A DNA stretch of 64,000 nt from Andalucia godoyi And28 (Eukaryota > Protista > Jakobida). The DNA lies in the NCBI GenBank assembly GCA_009859145.1, contig VRVR01000001.1, positions 264,463 to 328,462 of the forward strand, written 5' to 3'. Position numbers and translations under genes: made by a program. Below are positions 37,928 through 50,938 of the stretch, one piece after another. A model generated the notes under the pieces. It did not search any database, was not told the origin of the DNA, and worked only from the letters and a program-made list of their open reading frames with translations. How positions within the stretch are numbered: the stretch's first letter is position 1; each line of letters begins with the position of its first letter.

Positions 37928-39778
37928 TTATGAAACGCGGACAGCGGTTCGTTCGAGATGTCTTTGAACTTCAGGAACGACAATGGAAGCCATGAGATCG
38001 GCAACCATGAATGCGTCATCCTCTGTGTCCTCGACGCTCTCGATGAACGGCTCGATGCAAATTTCCTTTGCGGTGACTTCTTCTTCCGCCATGCGGTGAG
38101 ACATGGTCGACACCGCATGTCCCATCCATCCATGAACAGCGGTCGCCGAGATTTCCCGAAGCAGGCGCTCGACTTGGTGCCATTGTGCTTCTTCGCGCTG
38201 ACGAAGTTCGTCTTCCCGGTGGCGAACAAGGGTTTCTTCCGCCTCCCTTCTGTATCTTTCCTCCTTTGCTCTGCGCTCCAGCGCTTCGATGCGCGACATT
38301 TCATGCTGGCGAAGAGCTTCCTTTTCGAGATAATCCGCAACATCATTTCCAACGATGAGACCAGACATCTGGTCCAGTGCAACACAGACTGCATCGTCGA
38401 TATGATCGGCCTTTTCGCGTTCGGGATCGACACGCTCCGCCGCCTTGGCTTCCTCAACTTGCACAAGCTCTTCAATGAGATCGAGGCGGCGCTCTTTGCC
38501 TTCGTAGTAAATGGTTTGAGCTGCACGGCCGCGGATAAGCCTCTGAAGTAGGATAATGCACAGCTCCGCCTCATCGCTATCCTGGGCAGCGGTGGTCGAT
38601 CCTTGTGCGGACTGCGTAGGCGGATCCAAGCTCGGAGTGGAGGGTCTGTTGACACGAGGAGTAGCCTTGTATCGTGCCAGTACTTCTTCAATCTCTGGTT
38701 TGTCGGGATCCGGAAGCGAGATGAACCGCGTCTTCTCAAGGTCAATTGTCAGTGCTTCGCTGAGGATGTTCGGCATCTTCTGAGACATTGTGGATCGCGG
38801 CGCCATGGGAGGAGGTTTTGCGGATGCCGCCGCGCCGGAGGCATCGAGTATGGCCGAGTCGCCGTCCGACGTGGCTGTTCCCATCAACTGTTGCGTCTGC
38901 ATTGTATTTGCAAGCACCTGTGGCTCCTTCTGCGAACGATCGTACGCAGTCGAGGACAGCGTCTTGGCCAGATCGATTTTCTTCTGGACGTAGTCGAGAT
39001 GCTCTTCCTCTTGGATGTCCTTTCTCTTGCGCTTCTGCTCACGTTGTTTGGCCCATTTTTCCTTGTCTTGCCGCAGGTTGTCCATCGTTGCCGGTTTTGC
39101 AAGGCCCGACTGCTCTGCAGACGCCGGCATCGTCCGACCAAGCGCTTGGTCGTCCAGATCCAAATTGCGCACAGGTCCTGTATAGACATCTGAAGTCGCA
39201 GTTGCCCATGCGTCAATTGCACGCCCGCGTGACTCCACAGCATCTGTTGCATCCAAATCTCGCGATCTTCCAGCCTTTCGGAGTTCTCGGGCACGCAGGT
39301 ACTCGATCTTCTCCAGCTGTTTGGACAGTCTTTTCTTGATTGTGCCCTGAAGATTGTCGATTCGCTTCAGCGTTAGCAACTCTCGTTCGCGCTCCCGCTC
39401 TTCCAGTGCTGCCGTCATCATATCCAGCTTGTTCTGAATACCGTCATCCAGCTCTTCTTCACGTTCCCTCGCCTCCGTAAGCTCCAACTGCCGCAGTCTC
39501 TTCAGATCTCCACTTTCCTCCACACTTCGTCGTCGTCGAATCCTGTCAATCAGCTGCACCGTGTCCTGATTCACGGGTAATGATCCATCGAGCACTCTCA
39601 GAGCCTGCATCGAAAGCACCTCTGGAACCCTTCCTCCCTCTTGGATTGTGTAATCCGCAGAAAACGGAAGTGTCTGCGCCTCTGATTCTCGATAATCCGA
39701 CTGCGTTGCCATCTCTCGAATCAGCGGCTGCTCGTTCACTGCCATCGAATGCCGCCCACGCGACCCCATTCCTCCTCG

Positions 39779-39817
<39 letters not shown>

Positions 39818-40237
39818 GCCAGGTCCACTTTGCATACTAAGGGGGACCGAGCTTTGTGCGTAAACCGCTGAAACGGCATCCGGGCGCATATACGGCATCA
39901 ATGGTCTCTTGAAAAATCGATGCCGATCCGCTCCAGCGGGTACAAAATTCATGCTAGCATCGTTCATTCCACCACCAAGCATCTCCCGGATAGGAAGCGG
40001 CGCCGCAAGCCGAGTCGCATTATACGTGTTGCTGTTCATCTGAGGACGCATTCCATATGCCGCATCCTGCGAAAACATGCTTCCATAATCCGCCACTCGG
40101 TGGGCCTGGGCCATGCTTTGTGTCTGTGCTCCACGACTCACATCCCGCATTGCGTCTCGCGCATGCGAAACAGTGTAAGACGTGTCATAAACCGCATCAT
40201 TCGCTCGAGATGTATGAACAACAGTTCGCGAAGTCAT
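37928..40237 (-). CDS. CFAP91: Cilia- and flagella-associated protein 91 (MAATS1/AAT-1)
   Basis: DRHRFFKRP, ATQSDYRESEAQTLPF...PEVL and IILLQRLIRGRAAQTIYYEGKERRLDLIEEL. Confidence 0.9.
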
Positions 40238-42260
40238 GTCCCCCCTCTATTCCCCTCTCTTTCCTGTTTCTCCTCTTTTTCTCCCAGCAGCTAGCTATGC
40301 TATGTGCACAACAATATAGTCAAACGCAATAATACAGAACTACTGATTATGGTGATGGTGATGATGTTGATAATTATTATAAACGACAGAAATAACGATG
40401 ACGAAACGAGAATGAGAAAAACACCGCAAACGAAGAACTAGGAAAGATGGAGGATTGAAAGCTCCCAAACTGAACGGTTAGGGATTCAAACGCCACTTTT
40501 CGACTACAGTAGGAAGACCATGGTTTGTCGCTCCTCCGCGCTCGATCCATGCAGGAAAGCATCGGACGTCCTAAAGGTCCTCGGCACAACTGGACAGCTG
40601 GATGGGACGGGGGATCAATGACAGAAGACCGGTTTTCCTATAGCCATGTCGTGGTGTTGCTGGGCGGTGAAGCGGTTCATTTTTTACATCGATATTGAAC
40701 AGTGAAATGGTGTTACCAAGCAAACAACGCGGCTGACGCAAAAAATACAGCGAGTTTCGTCAGGAAGAACAACAACATGATAATCACTCCTGGTAATTAC
40801 AATTTATTCGCGCTTGATAAGTCGGTGTTGCTGCTGGTGTTCAGCCGAAGTTCGAAGATGGTTAGCTTCCCAAGCTTTGAGGACTCTTTTTCGGACACAA
40901 ATCCACAGCATAAAGATTGAGAACCAAACGAGTAAGAAAAGAAGACCTGTTATGACAAACGCGCCTTCCTCTCTTTTCCAAAATGACAGAATCGGAATGG
41001 AAGGAATGCGATCCGAATACGAACATTCCCCAGATCCAGAGGAGGATGCGCAAGAGGCGTCAAGGTGATGGTCGTGGTGGTGATGATGAAGCGCTGCATC
41101 CATCAGCTCGGCCACGTCCTCGGAATACAGGTCATCCGACACGTGGCGTGCACACATTCCTTCCCGTGTGCCCTCGAGGTTTTCCTCTTATGGTACTTAT
41201 TGGTTTCTATAATATCTGTGGGGAGTTTCAACAAAAACCGGCCATTTACCGTGCTACCCTCGAACCCAAAACCTCACCAGATACCTGTCGCTCCCGCAAC
41301 TGTCTTTGTTCAGATTGGTTTTTTTCCCCGCCCTTTTTCCAAGCGCACTTTCGATTCGGCAACCGCACCAGTCCAACCAGTATTTGATGTTTTGGGAGAT
41401 TGGCGAGTCCCTGCGCAACAACAAACAATGCAATCAACTCTTCGTCTTTGGGAAGCAGTGCCTTCGCAACTGTTACAGTGGCTGGGACTCAGCGTACGTT
41501 TTATTACACTATTTATTTATTTTTTTTGGTAATACGCATTTTCATCGTAACTCAAGAATGATGCAGAAAATAACGCGATAAGGGAAGGAGCGTGTGCGGA
41601 GGAGGTCGTATGAGACGGGAAGAATGGAGAGCTACATCCAAAGGGCAGCTGCTCTTTGAACAGGTCGGCTTTGTCTCTTCGAGAGTCCTGGGGAGCCGAA
41701 GCCGTGATTCTGTTCACTGCATTTCCCGCACGCGGCGCTGGAAGTCCCGCGACAAAAAGAAAAAACGCGGCACAGAACATCTGGCAATGCTGCATTGGGC
41801 CTCCACCTGCACACCTGTGCCGCGACAAAACGGAGACAAGTACACAACAATGATGTGCTGCTGCAAGCGGCTGCGTCGAACCGCGGGTAGGTAGTAATTC
41901 TTCCATATGATTAGGTCGACCCTCATTCAACAGTGGAGTCGACGACTGCCAACTCAGCCATGCTATCCGCAGACACCACAAACCGATTAAACACAAGAAG
42001 CTCGAGCTGGAGGGGCAGCATATTGGATTCTGGTTACGCGTGCGCTTGCATCAAAGATAATAGATCCCTGCGCGTGATGATCACGTTTCAGCGCATCGGC
42101 GCCATGAGCCATCAGTATGCGCGACGGTGCATCTACCTGAAGATCTCAACGCATGCATGCTAGGTGGTGCATTTCACCTTTCCCTCTGAGCTTTGGCGTG
42201 ATATGCGTAAAACGCAGAATGGTTTTTTCTTTCTTTCTTTTCTTCTTCATTTTTGAGCCA

Positions 42261-43340
42261 TCATCGCGACGGGAGGACGTCCGAGAGCATCCAAACGTCG
42301 ACGCGATGGTCATAGAACGACGCACTGACGACCAAGTTCGGATGACCGTCCATTCGGCTCCAATCGCAGCCATATGCAACCGCCTCGGGGACACCTTGCT
42401 CATGGACCGCCGTGACCGATGGTTCCGTTGGATTCCCGCTGCTTCTGCCGGCGTCTGACAGGCACGCATTGTCAATCACTGCGAATCCTCCACGCATGCA
42501 CGCACATACAAGTCGCCCTGGAATGGAAGGATGCCAACGCGCTCTCCAGACCCCACCACCGAGATCAATCACTGCACTCACAGAACGCCGTGTCATCCGA
42601 ATGTCCCAGAATCGAACTGCGTCGTCGTAGCACCCTGTTGCAAGTATGAATGGGTCCAGTGGAGAGGCACTGACAGTGCAAACACCCGCTCTATGCTCGC
42701 GGTTCATAAAAACCGGTTCAAAAACGACTTCATCAGGCGATCGCAGATCCCAGCCACGGAACAGACAGTCATCGCCACCTGTGAACAGGAGTCCTCCATT
42801 GTGATCAAAGGCGGCAATCCACGCTTCGTAATCGTGTGCCTTCCATCGATGCAACACGGAATTGGTCACTAGATCGCAAACTGCAACGGTCCCATCGGAC
42901 AAGGACGATGCAAGCCACGGTAGCGAAGGATGCCAATCACAGGACAGGCACATTGCGCCTCCAGATCCATCTGCTTCCGTAGCGACTTCGGACGCCCGAA
43001 TAGAGCCCTTGATCTCATTGAGCAAAGGACCCCCGCGAAGAAGCAGGTCTCCAGATGCCAATGCGCAACATAGAATGTGCTGGTCTTGGTACGGAGACCA
43101 TTTCAAATCAAATATTCCGTCTCCATCGCATCGATGCAAAACCGTGAGATTCCGAATGTCGGTCGCATCACAAAGATACAATCGGCCCTGACGCCGCTCT
43201 GACGATGCATCCAGCTGGTAGGTTCCAACGGCAACATGATGTGCAAACTCGCGGTTCAGACAAAATTCCACAGAGTCTGCATACAGATCCGTGTCAAAGG
43301 TGGAAAACAAGTGAACATGGGATTCAGCCGGTACTTCCAT
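42261..43340 (-). CDS. DPH7: Diphthine methyltransferase Dph7/WDR85 (WD40)
   Basis: DTDLYADSVEFC, AVGTYQL, GIFDLKW, WKAHDYEAWIAAF, TGGDDC, GCYDD, LGGGVWRARWHP, AYGCDW and SFYDH. Confidence 0.92.
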   Translation of the reverse strand: MEVPAESHVHLFSTFDTDLYADSVEFCLNREFAHHVAVGTYQLDASSERRQGRLYLCDATDIRNLTVLHRCDGDGIFDLKWSPYQDQHILCCALASGDLLLRGGPLLNEIKGSIRASEVATEADGSGGAMCLSCDWHPSLPWLASSLSDGTVAVCDLVTNSVLHRWKAHDYEAWIAAFDHNGGLLFTGGDDCLFRGWDLRSPDEVVFEPVFMNREHRAGVCTVSASPLDPFILATGCYDDAVRFWDIRMTRRSVSAVIDLGGGVWRARWHPSIPGRLVCACMRGGFAVIDNACLSDAGRSSGNPTEPSVTAVHEQGVPEAVAYGCDWSRMDGHPNLVVSASFYDHRVDVWMLSDVLPSR

Positions 43341-43854
43341 GCTCCGTCGATTTGCTCACGACCAGGAAATTTTCACAAAAGCAACAACAACAACCACTGC
43401 TACCACTGCTACACCACAAAGAGGGCAGCGACGATAATTGCCAAAAATAATTTAAACAAACAATGGAATGAACATAAAAATGCGAACGCATTGCAGTTCC
43501 CAGAAAATTGTGCAAATCGGCTTCGCGTCTCTCTCTCTCTCTCTGTGTATTGGAGGCGTTCCCGTTTTGATTCTCGACGTTTCGACACGTTTCGACAGAC
43601 AAACAAATTGCCGTAACGCCTGCGACGCACTGCATCAGTACTAATTGATTCTCATTGGTACTGCTGCAGTGCTGAATGAATAATCGATCTGTCGTCTACC
43701 ACGGGGGGATTCAAGCATTTTTTTTTTCCAATGACGATGAAAACGAAATAAAACACGAGAAGGGTTCAAAAACAATAGTCGCCAACGGTGCGGAGAAAGA
43801 AGGGGAAGGGGACAAAAGGGTGTATGCAAGAAGAGTGGAAGACGGGGAGGGAAG

Positions 43855-44616
43855 ATGAGCGATCGTGTAGAAAACAGATTGAGAGTGATTGCGGGAACGT
43901 TGATTGGGTCTCGAACGCTACATCGAGTTCACGAGCTTGCACATGCCATTGCCAGCAGCAACCACAGCAGCACTGACCATTCTGCCTCCATGCAAGCAAA
44001 GCAGCATGCGCATCCTTCATCGAGAGAAGAGACGGTTCGAACCGTTCTGAAAAGGATCACAGAGCTTTCGGAGCATTTGTCTCACGATGGAGTCAACGTA
44101 TCGAACGACATCCGGTTGCATGCACTTTCGTTGCTGCCGACCGTTGAGCTGCATGCCGACTCTGCATTGTATGGGTCTGCAAGGCTGTCGTTGTTTCGGT
44201 TGCTTGGAATGACGTTCTTCCATGAAAAAGACTATTTGAAAGCCTGTGCGTGGTTTGAATGCTGCGTTCTGCAGAAACAATCCTTCCCTCCTTCTCCAAA
44301 TGATTACTTCAATTACGCTTCGTCGCTTGCACATCTTGGAAAGGAACACGAATGCGCCTTGTGGATTGTAAGATGCGAAGATTCGCATGCGGACGCTGGA
44401 TTTCGAGCCAAGCCAAGCATCTGGATGCATTTTTATTGGTTTGCGGTTGCCTGCTTCAATGGTGGGCTGTACAAGCTGTCTGCAGAATATGTCGGTCGGG
44501 TTGCCGAAGCAATGAAGTTATCGGCAGAAAGAGGCGCATCGAATGTGGAACTTCCGCAACAAATTGATATTGACTCGTTGCAGCGATCACTCGCCGATCA
44601 TTCAGCAGTGCTGTGA
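43855..44616 (+). CDS. Hypothetical TPR-like helical protein
   Basis: 253-aa ATG ORF with TPR-like segments (LLGMTFFHEKDYLKACAWF; NYASSLAHLG). Confidence 0.6.
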   Translation: MSDRVENRLRVIAGTLIGSRTLHRVHELAHAIASSNHSSTDHSASMQAKQHAHPSSREETVRTVLKRITELSEHLSHDGVNVSNDIRLHALSLLPTVELHADSALYGSARLSLFRLLGMTFFHEKDYLKACAWFECCVLQKQSFPPSPNDYFNYASSLAHLGKEHECALWIVRCEDSHADAGFRAKPSIWMHFYWFAVACFNGGLYKLSAEYVGRVAEAMKLSAERGASNVELPQQIDIDSLQRSLADHSAVL

Positions 44617-44910
44617 TAAGCAGTTCGAAACGTACCCGGTCCCCGAATTTGTTTTTCCGTCCAACGAAACAAGGCCTTCTGTAACGCAAGGAGGCATGTA
44701 CTCTTTCATCAGCACGGAATTCTGCTGAGTTGTGATTCCCAGTGATCCATCGCGAGAACGGGACCATCTGGAAAGTTAGCCGAAAAGAACATCCACCTAC
44801 TACGAGCTGCACAACAAAAAAAAAGAGGGGGGGGAGGGGGGAATATTGGAAACTCCGTGCAAGAGTGAAACGCACAAGGAAGACTATGCCAAGAAATACA
44901 AAACGGTATA

Positions 44911-46861
44911 TCAGAAGCTACGATCCATTTGCAAAAAATCATAAAATACGTCGCTGACATTCTTGGGAGTCTGCGAACCTGTTGATATCACAGGTCGAAA
45001 TCCGCCAACCGCCGCGTCAACAAGGGTCTGTTGGGTCTGTGTCTGGACTTCGAGCTGAAAATCCACCATATCTGTGCCAGTGCTGACTTCTGAAACAGGA
45101 AAATTGATAAAGGACAGAGGATCTGTCGCGACATCGATTGCCACTGGTGGTGGAAAGCACGCAACCGATCGCTCGATGGTTGCGGTAACAGCCATGGATG
45201 CGGTTGCTCGTTTTCTTGGCTTCGTCTTCCGTTTTGTTTCGACAGGTTCTGCAAGAACCGACGGAACAGCAGCCGGTGGTGGGGCATCTTGGCCTTTTGC
45301 AATGGCCGCAGCGGCAAGAGCGTGCGCAACTGCAAGAGCAGCAGTTGCGGCTTCATGTTGTTGTGAAACAGCCGCAAGGTTCTTTTCCAGCGATGCATTT
45401 TCCTCCCTCACCCGGACAATTTGCTGACTTAAGGCATCGAGTTGCAGGCAAAATGAGTCCCTCTCTGCTTTTATCCCGTCGTATTTTTGATCAAACGACA
45501 AGATCATGGAGTTTGCTTGTGACAAGGATGCTTGTAATTCCTGAATCTGCCGCTTCAATACCCCGTTTTCGGCCTTCATCATTGTCAGAGGATCCAGCAT
45601 TGAATGCAGCCCAGCCGACTGCGATCCAACCGACTGCGATCCAACCGACTGCGATCCAGCTGATTGCGATCCAGCTGACTGCGATGAAAGGGTGACGGAA
45701 TGCGACTGCTGCACACTATGGTGATGATGATGGTGGTGGTGATGCTGCTGTATCGACTGTGACTGGAGAGAGGCCTGGGGCTGCAGTTGTACGGACTGCA
45801 GACCGTCAGAAGGTGAAAGAGAGCCGGGAGTTGTTTCCGCAGAAGACGTACATCTTCCAGCATCTGCACCGCTCAATCCTGCTCGTACCGACGTCTGTGA
45901 AAAGGTATAGACGGCGGACGAAATCGGAGGAGCAAAAGGCGCTGAACTGGCAGACGAAGACATTGACGATCCGCTTGGCGCAGGCTGGGAAGCAAGGCGC
46001 CCTTTCGCATACGTAGCCCCTCGATTGGTACCATCCAGTTTGCTTCGTTTGGCGGAGTGCATTTCCGACATTGACCGAAACTGGGGATCCTCCAGGAATC
46101 TCTTCCAGTCTCTTTTTCTGCTATTTGTAAACCAGTTGTTCAACTGCGCGGCCGTGAATCCGGTTTCCTTGATTAGCTCTTCTTTTTCGATGTCCGTCGG
46201 ATACGGATACGACAAGTGCTCCAGAAACCACCGTCGAAGAAGCGCAATTGCAGAATCATATGATATGCGGTGACCGTAGCTCACAGAAGAGGCCGGCACC
46301 GCCGACTGGTGAGCAATCCTGAACGATGAAATCGGAGAAACAGACGGCACGGATGAAGGCGACACATGCGTAACGCTCGACAATGTAGGAGCACCAGCGC
46401 CATTCGATGCAGTGGCACTGCCGCCGCTGCCGAAACTGCCATTCTTTGCGGGTAGTGGAGCAATTCTCGTGTTAGACAACATCGCTTGGGACGAATGTGC
46501 CGCATCAGTTTGCGCTGGGCTTAAATTAGGGACAGAAAAAGACGCGGAAGTCGTGGTGACGTGAGAGGCATCACCTGCAAATTCCAACGATGCAGCTTTT
46601 GAGTCCACAGTAGCTGCTGCCGACGAATACGCGGCGGAAACAAGCGGTCTTGGAAAGTGCTCGAGCTGCGAAAGAGAGTCTGCGTGGGGCTGACGCTGAC
46701 CATGCGAATCTGACTTACAGCTGTCATTGCAGACATATGATGCGGGGCAGCCCACAGAATTAGAAGAACTCGCCGTTGTCCCTGTTGTCCCTGTTGCTTC
46801 ATTCGGTTCTCGAACACCTGCAGAAGTCGATATACTACTACTACTATTATTATTATTATTA

Positions 46862-46913
<52 letters not shown>

Positions 46914-47037
46914 TATTGTTATTATCACTCTTAGCAATAGTCGCCGAAGTCGCCATCGTCGTAGTCGTACTGGGGGCATAATCATTCTGTGAAGCATCTA
47001 GCAGCGCCATGCAAACAAGAGTCTCCATCTCAGACAT
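44911..47037 (-). CDS. TALE-class homeodomain transcription factor with a downstream coiled coil
   Basis: LLRRWFLEHLSYPYPTDIEKEELIKETGFTAAQLNNWFTNSRKR, including the PYP three-amino-acid loop extension. Confidence 0.88.
45611..45685. repeat. 15-bp coding tandem repeat x5 (SQSAG/SQSVG on the minus strand)
   Basis: CCA(G/A)C(C/T)GA(C/T)TGCGAT x5, seen directly. Confidence 0.95.
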
Positions 47038-47343
47038 TTGCGAGAGAGAAAGCAGTCAAAACTCAACAATATTCGAGAGGATTTCAGTTATCACAATATG
47101 AAAACACGTATTGCAGAAACGAGTGCTCTTTGAGCTTGTTGGTTATTCGGGAACTTGTTACAGAGAAAAATCGATAGTCCGAAAGCGGCCAAAGCGATAT
47201 GCGTTCCAATCACCTTTGAAATCAGAGGAATAAACGCCTCAAGTTGACTCGTGTCTAGATATTTATTTACGCACGTTTTCGCAATTGAGAGGACTGATTG
47301 GTGACTGCTTCGTTTTACATACGAGAGAGAGAGAGAGAGAGAG

Positions 47344-47378
<35 letters not shown>

Positions 47379-47441
47379 CATGCAGAATGACGATGGAGAG
47401 GCATGAGAACCGTATCGTTGCTGCCATCGCTATGATGTCTA

Positions 47442-48321
47442 TCATCTTGCCCACCACTCGTCCGGTCGGTCGTCCAGCCACCGTGCAAACTTTTCCATAG
47501 AAGCCCTCCACATGGCCGCAGCCTCGACGTTCATTCTGGTGTGAACCACGAGTGTCGGAAGCTTGACGAACAACCGAAGCATAAAGTTCATTCCGACAAG
47601 TTCGCAGTATCTCTTATTCGGACTCTTATTTTCAGCCAACTGGTCAAACAAAGACCGTTCTGCATCGTACAGCAACAACGCACTGAACGCCTCGTCGAAA
47701 TACCCAAGACAAGCTTCCATCACAAGCTCATCCGTCTGCGAAATCTCCGCATTTTTGTCTTTCAGGTACTCCTTGTTCACAATCGCATGGACTGATTTGG
47801 TGTTCTTTTTGTGGGCGGACAGCTGGATGCCATCCACGATGTTCCGATGCACAATCTGCTCCCATTCGTACACAACCCGCTTCTTCAGGCCTGTGGGAAT
47901 CTCAAACAATATCTCGGCTCTCGTCACATCTTCAGAAGGTACTGTTCCACTCTCAATCGCACTCGAACGTCGTCGTTTGCGCTCCGAAACACTCATTCGG
48001 CGGCTTTCCTCAGGCTCCAGATGTCGCAACTTGTCCGTCTGAACCCACTCGTCATGCCCAGAACTCCATCCATAATAATGAACAAAGAACTGCGGCCCAG
48101 AATCATTCTTTTCGATAATCTACTCATCACCACCAAATTTCAAATAATGAAAATTATTATTATTTAAAAATGATAAAACATGTGAGTCGCGAGGGTGAAA
48201 AAGCCAGTCATTTGAACTCTGGAAGAAGTAAAAGAAAAGAAGATAAAACACAAACTTTTGCCTTGTAGTAGGAACCTTCGGAAAGACATTCAATTATCTC
48301 CCCGACTCTAAACTCGGACAT
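47442..48321 (-). CDS. EAF3: MRG15/Eaf3 family (chromo-barrel plus MRG domain); complement(join(47442..48119,48256..48321))
   Basis: FRVGEIIEC..YYKAK|IIEK...FFVHYYGWSSGHDEWV, IPTGLKKRVVYEWEQI, YFDEAFSALLLYDAER and FMLRLFVKLP. One 136-nt intron. Confidence 0.9.
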
Positions 48322-48677
48322 GATGCGCGCGTGGGAAATGCTCGGTCTTCGTTCATTCGCATACAATGAATACACAAACAAAGGGAGGAATGAATAAAGC
48401 CGGGTTCTCCGACAGCAAAAAAAGAAGCGCCAAAAGAAGCCCCAAAGAAGCGCGCTGGACTCAGTTGAGACTGGAGGCAATGTGTTTTTTATGCCACACA
48501 CACACATGTGTGAAAAATAAATTAAAAAAACACGAAAACTCGTGTCTCGCAGCTCAAACTGCGTCTTTTTTTCAGACCATTTTGCCTTTGAATTTAATTA
48601 TATTGTCTTTTTTTGGACTGCTTCTTCTTTTTTAAATTTCAGTGATCGGAAATATCAGGGGTAAAGGGAGGCTGCTA

Positions 48678-49788
48678 ATGGAGAGTCGCAACACAGGAGA
48701 CATAACCGTTCAGGGCGTTCCGCTGTCAGATCTGCTGAAGGAAGCAGCGCGTTTCGAGATGACGGAGAACCAACACATTCGGGAATTCACAGTCGCCGTT
48801 CTGAAACGGTTCAGGGTTGTGTTCGCCCACATGTTTTCAGTCGGAGAAGTACGTTTCTCATTTCCCCCTCTCTCCCTTTATCACGGCAGTCCCGCGCGGT
48901 TTGCTAACGAAGAAACCAAAATCACGCTAATCTGGATCCAAAAAATTCCTTTTCAATACACAGGAATTATCGTTCGATGTTTCAACATTGTACTTGGCAC
49001 GAGATCTAATGGTCCGCTATCTGCGTGTTGTCATGAATGGCCTTCCGGTAAACGCAAGCATCCCAAACCGGATATTAGCAGAATCCTCGGCGGTGAACAG
49101 CAGCAGTATAGCAAGGGGAACGTCGGGAACCTTGATGCTGTTTGGGAAACGATCTCGCGATGCTGGTCAGCTCTCTTTCGGGCCATCGTGTGCAAATGCA
49201 GGGCACTTGCTCGCAACAGAAAGTCTTTCTTCTCACGACAAAGAAAACTACTCTGCACTGGAGATCCGCGTGTCGGTTAGATCGGAGACTGACATTGACA
49301 TGGATCTGGCGGTCCTTGCGATTCTGCAAATTGCGTCCAAGCTAAACGAACAGAGATCGAACCACCTGACACCGCAGCGCATCCGAACGATGTTCCCAAT
49401 GTACTCCGCAAAGCAGATTCTGGACTTTGAAATGAAGGTCCTGCAAAAGATTGAATACAATCTTGCTGCGCTGTCCACATCGTTCCACTGGATTCAGACA
49501 ATGACATCGGCGATGTGGCTGGGTGTTCCAGCGTGCGACGACTGCGCTTTTCCTGTCCGTCTGCAGGAAATGAGGACGAATCTCTGCAAATCCGTCCAGA
49601 AGGAGGCTTTCCACTTCCTCGCTGCTGCCATGTTTTCGATGCCGGAACTGTTCATGTACTCGGGTAAGACAATTGCTGCCAGCTGCGTCTCTATGGCAGT
49701 TCAACAAATCGAGTCCGAGGTGACCAATCGCTGGGCTCAAAACTTTCGTATGAATTCTCCGTTTCTTTTTCTCCATCTCCCCCGATGA
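48678..49788 (+). CDS. Divergent cyclin-box protein; join(48678..48848,48964..49788)
   Basis: STLYLARDLMVRYL, AILQIASKL and QILDFEMKVLQKIEYNL are cyclin N-box motifs. A 115-nt GTACGT..CAG intron joins the frames. Confidence 0.8.
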
Positions 49789-49968
49789 CAGCACGTCTCC
49801 TTCGCTGGTTTCTGCTCAACAATCAAACATGCTTACGGGTCACGATGCGCAGTCACCAGACACTTCCAACTCGACGAGAAAGTCCTCGAGTCGCAGACTG
49901 CCAAGCTCTGGGAAACGATTGTTTCGGAAGCCATCTCTTATTGACGAGCGAAAGTCACGCTGCATGTC

Positions 49969-50484
49969 TTACGCGAAAGCGAACAATAAACCTGTCCCAA
50001 TGAGCACACACAGAACGGAGAGAGTCGGGGAAGCAGAGCCGGACATCGACTGGAATGTTTCTGTGCACTTCGACGTGTCGGACCATGTAATCTGGATGCT
50101 GGCTGTCCAGTTGATGTAGTCAGGGGCGAGGCTTCCTTTTGGTGGCATTGCGTAGGCCGCAACATACGAAGTGCCGGCTGGCGCAGTAGCTTTTGGAACG
50201 GCAAGCCATGCGGACGTCGAAGGCTGAAAGGACTGACTGAGGAACGTAGTCCACCGAGATGAGTTGTTCGCGTCGCCGTACCAAAAGAAATACTTCTCAG
50301 TCCCATTTACGCCTCCCCAAGTGAACTTTGCGTAGTACACTTCCTGCCCGTTCAGATACTTTCCTGTGCAAGGCCAAGATGCTGATAGTGGAGACGGAGC
50401 CGGAAACACGTAACCAACACTTGTCTGAATGAGCACAAAGACAATGACGAATAAGCCGCAGGCAAACTGCCAGGATGTCATCAT
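49969..50484 (-). CDS. Small secreted, probably GPI-anchored, aromatic-rich surface protein
   Basis: N-terminal signal peptide (MMTSWQFACGLFVIVFVLIQTSVG), NGT/NSS/NWT sequons, and a small-residue omega region plus hydrophobic C-terminal tail. Confidence 0.65.
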   Translation of the reverse strand: MMTSWQFACGLFVIVFVLIQTSVGYVFPAPSPLSASWPCTGKYLNGQEVYYAKFTWGGVNGTEKYFFWYGDANNSSRWTTFLSQSFQPSTSAWLAVPKATAPAGTSYVAAYAMPPKGSLAPDYINWTASIQITWSDTSKCTETFQSMSGSASPTLSVLCVLIGTGLLFAFA

Positions 50485-50938
50485 CAGAAAGAGCAGTTTC
50501 CGTGTCGTATCTGCATACGCTGGAGCACGCACTGCGGTGTGTTTTTGTAGAGGAAAGGGGAATTCGCAGGAGGATGTTGGAGAGACTGGAAAAGCGTATG
50601 AGAGATTGTGGATTGTTGGACCCAAATCGTTCAATGCGCATCGGATAGTTTTAGAATATGTGCTTACTTTGAAGTTCGGCCTTTGGAGCTTGGAGTTGAG
50701 AGCCGAATCCAGACTTCACCGAACGGGTAGACAGAAATGTAACGGTCGTAAAAAACAATAAGACAGCGGGGTGGAGGGGGGGACAGTTTGGGGATTTTCC
50801 GGTGCAGAACAGGGCAGATCGTTCGTCAAAAAAAAATATATGTAACGATATATAATTTAGATTTTTAAATATTTTAAATAAATTACAGAGAAACAAAATG
50901 GAAAATGGACGAAATGTAGCAACAAGGAGAAGGGGCAA

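Noticed and set aside
40539-40565. RSIHAGKHR resembling RSIHAGSHR in an alternative frame of Fanzor locus A (24299-24325)
   Set aside because: No flanking similarity and both lie in non-credible frames; compatible with chance.
41065-41160. HQLGHVLG, resembling a zinc-metalloprotease HExxH motif
   Set aside because: It has Q in place of the catalytic E and no supporting domain. The opposite strand reads equally plausibly, so no gene model can be supported in 40400-42200.
42115-42145. ARRCIYLK / CGCGACGGTGCATCTACCTGAAG as a possible third Fanzor remnant
   Set aside because: It lacks DRDxNG, the CxxC pair and the downstream GTTGGGGCCTA/TGTAGGCG motifs.
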